DNA of 64,000 nucleotides from Dehalococcoidia bacterium (lineage in GTDB: Bacteria; Chloroflexota; Dehalococcoidia; Plut-88900): NCBI GenBank assembly GCA_965197585.1, contig OZ240215.1:2976001-3040000 (forward strand), read 5' to 3'. Below the pieces are notes generated by a model, which saw only the letters and a list, made by a program, of their open reading frames with translations, had not been told where the DNA came from and made no database searches. Below are positions 60,873-64,000 of the stretch, piece by piece. Position 1 is the first letter of the stretch. Every line of letters starts with the position of its first letter. A program made the position numbers and the translations under genes.

Positions 60873-61787
60873 CTACGATGAGAGCGCTGCGGCGACGCCC
60901 TCTATTTTCCCCGGCCCCGATGTAGTGAGCTCACCGACCGCTTTGACTATGTTCGGGTGCTGCAGTCCAGATACGAGGAAGGTCCACCGGCATGCACGCT
61001 GCGTATTTGTCGTGATCTCCTCTTTCTCGGCAGCCGTGAACGTCCGTCCGGTCACCCTCTCAAGAGCTTCTATGTTCAGCCCAATCTGCTGTGCCAGGAG
61101 CCCGTCGATCGCCCCACCAAGCTCCAGAACCTCATCGATCGCACTCTCCCGCTCTTCAAGGGTCAAGGTCTCGGCTACTTCACCGATCAGCAACGTGTCC
61201 AGCTTGGCGTGCTGCGCCTCTTCTATCCAATGAAACCTCAGGAGGTCCCGGACCAGCCCATCGAGGTCCGAGTCGTCGCGCACATGCTCTATGTAGTGGA
61301 GCTGGGTAAACCATTCGATAATCGCGGTCAGGAGCATGACGGCCAGCTTTGACTTGCTCCGAACTACTTTCGCCACATCTTCCCTACCAGGGATTAAGCC
61401 GCACTCACTGCCGAAGCCCCGGCCGAAGAGTTCAACCGATCTCCGAAACAGCTCCTGATGCTTGAGTTCTTCCTCAGCGAACCGCAACAACGAGCGGGCC
61501 CTGACTTCGTCCCCATAGACCTCCTTCATAGCCTCTTCCGTGACGGTGGGGATGATGAACTCCTCCACGAACGCGAAGATGTGGCAGTAGGCGTTGCCCA
61601 TAATCTGATTCAGCTGGCGCCTCTCGCTGTCGTTCAAACATCCGATCTCGTCTACACCGGTCAGCTTGTTGGGCAGGAAGCGTTTCGAGAAGTCGAAATT
61701 CTTGTCGGCCAGGACATCGTCTTCCAACCAGGAAACCCTCTTCGAGATGTCAAGACACTCTTGGTATGTGTAATTGTGTGAAAGCAC
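60873..61787 (-). CDS. Ferritin-like diiron protein (AurF-like)
   Basis: FVEE, EELKH, IEW..QLHY and EEAQH motifs; GGAGG RBS. Confidence 0.75.
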   Translation of the reverse strand: MLSHNYTYQECLDISKRVSWLEDDVLADKNFDFSKRFLPNKLTGVDEIGCLNDSERRQLNQIMGNAYCHIFAFVEEFIIPTVTEEAMKEVYGDEVRARSLLRFAEEELKHQELFRRSVELFGRGFGSECGLIPGREDVAKVVRSKSKLAVMLLTAIIEWFTQLHYIEHVRDDSDLDGLVRDLLRFHWIEEAQHAKLDTLLIGEVAETLTLEERESAIDEVLELGGAIDGLLAQQIGLNIEALERVTGRTFTAAEKEEITTNTQRACRWTFLVSGLQHPNIVKAVGELTTSGPGKIEGVAAALSS

Positions 61788-62202
61788 GTGCTGCTCCTCC
61801 TTCTACTAGGCCCTTCGCTGCGATTCTCCATACTCAGCTTACTGGATCCAACACCAACACAATAACATAGGTGACAAACATAGGACTTTCACTCACGAAT
61901 GCGGGCAAATTTTCTATCAAGATCACAGATCCATCCGGGGAGCGGGCTGAACCGGGTGATCGATGGGCCACTCGGCCCGTACATTCGAAGTCCGCGCATG
62001 TGCCCTTCCTGCCGTCGCTTCGACAAGTGGCCGATATGGAAGGTCCTTATCTGGACCAACCTCCTCTGCAGCGCATTGGTCCGCTGATGGAAGAAGTTCT
62101 GGGGCGGCTGGTACTCGCGTGCGGTGAGATAGGCTTCAGGTGGGGGCTGATGTCACATGTCGACTACCTAGGAGCCACCACTTTGTGAATTGCAGCGCAA
62201 TG

Positions 62203-62231
62203 TTGACATAAGGTTTGTGGGTCTTTACCAT
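62203..62231 (+). promoter_or_regulatory. Sigma70-type promoter
   Basis: TTGACA-N17-TACCAT; ATTGC-N3-GCAAT dyad just upstream. Confidence 0.6.
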
Positions 62232-62493
62232 TCCAATTACCCTAGGGACTACGGGATTACACCCGAGAATGGAGGGTCGGATGAAAAGGATTCATCTCCT
62301 GTTTAGCCGTCTCGAAATTGATTGTAGCGGCCCCGCCGGAGACACAGGTATGGGCGGCATGATGTTGGGGGCGTCTCCGGTGGGGAACCGGAATGCCGTC
62401 TCGAGGCCCTAACCAGCAAGCTCCCCTTATGGGATGCCCCTCCGGTTTAGATCACCGGAACAGAAAAGCCAGAGACGGTCAGCAATAGTTTTG

Positions 62494-62535
62494 ATATCAG
62501 AAGAGGCCCGGGAATTTTCCCGGGCCTCTTGATAT
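62494..62535. terminator. Strong hairpin, probably a bidirectional terminator
   Basis: AAGAGGCCCGGGAA-TT-TTCCCGGGCCTCTT. Confidence 0.75.
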
Positions 62536-62549
62536 TCGTGATTTGTCTC

Positions 62550-62825
62550 TTATACCCCTGCGAGCTCTGCCAGAAGCTCAAAAATCCTCGGGGCGGAGTC
62601 CCGGGCCTGGGCTTTTAGCTCCTTTAGGTCTTCGACGGAGACCATCATCGGGCCTCTGCCGAAGCGGGGACCGTGGTAGTAGCAGAAGCGGAGGGACTCC
62701 TCGCCGTCTTCGTAGCGGAGGAGCTGGATGGTCGGCTCCCAGTGGGGGCGCATCACGCTCACCTCTTCCACTACCTGTCCACCACCCCAGGGGAAGCTGA
62801 ACGGCCTTGGCAGTTTTCTGTTCAC
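62550..62825 (-). CDS. Hypothetical protein (91 aa)
   Basis: GTG start with AGGAG RBS, 12 nt after ruvA. Confidence 0.7.
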   Translation of the reverse strand: MNRKLPRPFSFPWGGGQVVEEVSVMRPHWEPTIQLLRYEDGEESLRFCYYHGPRFGRGPMMVSVEDLKELKAQARDSAPRIFELLAELAGV

Positions 62826-62837
62826 GGCGTTGTGCTC

Positions 62838-63419
62838 CTACCCGGAACCTAGCCTCTGGAGCACGAGCATGATCTTCTCCTCCAGGGGGGCGCCGGGGTC
62901 TATGTTGGCGCCGACCAGGGCTGCACGAGCCTCGGCGGGTGCGTAGCCCAGGGCCGAGAGAGCCGCGACAACTTCGTCGAGGTCGGGTCTTGGCGATACT
63001 GCTGCTTCTCCCCACTCCCGCTCCAGCTTTCCCTTCAGCTCGAGTATCAGCCGCCCCGCCGTCTTCTTCCCCAGCCCGTTGACACGCGTCAGAGAGCCCG
63101 TGTCCTCTGCACCTATTGCCCCCGCCAACTCTCGCGGAGACATGGTTGACAGGATGCTTAGCGCGAGTCTCGGGCCCACGCCCGACACCCCGATCAGCAT
63201 GACGAACAGGTCCCGCTCCTCCAGCGAGCCGAACCCGTACAGGGACAGGACCTCTTCCCGGATGTAAAGGTAGGTGTGCAGCCGCACGGACCCGCCTACC
63301 GGCCCCACCGACCCGATGGTCGAAGTCGGGGCGAAGACCTCCAGGCTCATGGGTCCGATGTCTACGGTGAGGGAATCGTCGGATATCGCTTCCAGGGTGC
63401 CGCGCAGGCCGGTAATCAC
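62838..63419 (-). CDS. ruvA: Holliday junction branch migration protein RuvA
   Basis: LYGF, VSGVGPRLAL, GLGKKTAGRLILELK and ALSALGY motifs. Confidence 0.96.
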   Translation of the reverse strand: MITGLRGTLEAISDDSLTVDIGPMSLEVFAPTSTIGSVGPVGGSVRLHTYLYIREEVLSLYGFGSLEERDLFVMLIGVSGVGPRLALSILSTMSPRELAGAIGAEDTGSLTRVNGLGKKTAGRLILELKGKLEREWGEAAVSPRPDLDEVVAALSALGYAPAEARAALVGANIDPGAPLEEKIMLVLQRLGSG

Positions 63420-63423
63420 AGTC

Positions 63424-63933
63424 CTACCCCTGCGCGCTCTCGGCGATCAACCGCGCCCGGGCGCTTTGCTGGATATGGCACAGGGCCACGGCCACGGCGT
63501 CGGAGGCGTCCAGGGAGTCGGGGTACGCGTCCAGGTCCAGCTGGAGGCAGACCATCTCCCGCACCTGCTCCTTGTCGCTGGCTCCGTGTCCCGTGACGGC
63601 CATCTTCACCTCCCTGGGGCTGTACTGAGACACTCCGGATCCAGCCTCGGCGGCCGCCAGAAGCGCCACCGCGTTGGCCTGCCCTATAAGCATCGCCGAG
63701 CGGATGCTCTTGTGAACGAAGGGCTCTTCCACCGCCATCTCATCCGGCGAGTACTGCTCGATGAGCTCCCGAAGCCCGTTGTACAACATGTGGAGGCGCT
63801 CGGGGATTGGCCGGGAGGAGGGGGCTTTCAGCACGCCGCAGGAGACCAGGCTGGGGCCCGCGTCGCTGTCATCCAGGACTCCGTAGCCCATGTTAATGGT
63901 GCCAGGATCGACGCCCAACACTCTCATGAGCAC
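63424..63933 (-). CDS. ruvC: Crossover junction endodeoxyribonuclease RuvC
   Basis: GVDPG, AVEE, VKMAVTGHG.S.K and DASDAVAVALCH motifs. Confidence 0.96.
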   Translation of the reverse strand: MLMRVLGVDPGTINMGYGVLDDSDAGPSLVSCGVLKAPSSRPIPERLHMLYNGLRELIEQYSPDEMAVEEPFVHKSIRSAMLIGQANAVALLAAAEAGSGVSQYSPREVKMAVTGHGASDKEQVREMVCLQLDLDAYPDSLDASDAVAVALCHIQQSARARLIAESAQG

Positions 63934-64000
63934 CTCCGGATTTCCGTGGGAGGGGGACTTGGTATAAGCGGAATGGCGGTTAACAATTCACCCTCACCCT

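Noticed and set aside
62036-62046. Lone ATGGAAGGTCC matching the element stem
   Set aside because: No partner arm or core nearby; near-matches also occur inside the IS481 gene, so chance is plausible
61871-62188. 105-aa ORF or regulator remnant
   Set aside because: No convincing motif or RBS in any frame
62340-62535. T-box or cobalamin riboswitch
   Set aside because: Only partial motif resemblance and no same-strand downstream gene

Overview
GC-rich chromosomal window, most likely from a Dehalococcoidia (SAR202-like) Chloroflexota genome. This is inferred from the dnaA-obg-nadD/gyrB gene order and the LLM paralogues. It spans the probable replication origin (AT-rich gap after dnaA, about 53.2-53.6 kb). 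It also carries an IS481 element, tRNA-Met with an HNH islet, a MoxR/DUF58 operon led by a 2721-aa triple-transglutaminase surface protein, an Rsb-type partner-switching module, a cp-ATP-grasp/Amt/alpha-E operon, an NCS2 permease fused to a degenerate RsbW-like domain, catabolic genes, a MerR operon and ruvC-ruvA. The strongest unexplained signal is a three-copy, 0.8-1.5 kb repeat family (about 6.3-7.1, 45.9-47.4 and 58.1-59.4 kb). Each copy has a sigma70 promoter with a LexA-like box, a conserved long-range closing stem, a covarying core structure and a paired CAATCA end motif, making it a candidate large structured ncRNA or non-autonomous element. Also notable are a DnaA with a rewritten recognition helix beside an origin lacking canonical boxes, and an Obg lacking DxxG. 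All calls come from reading the sequence by eye; no searches were run.
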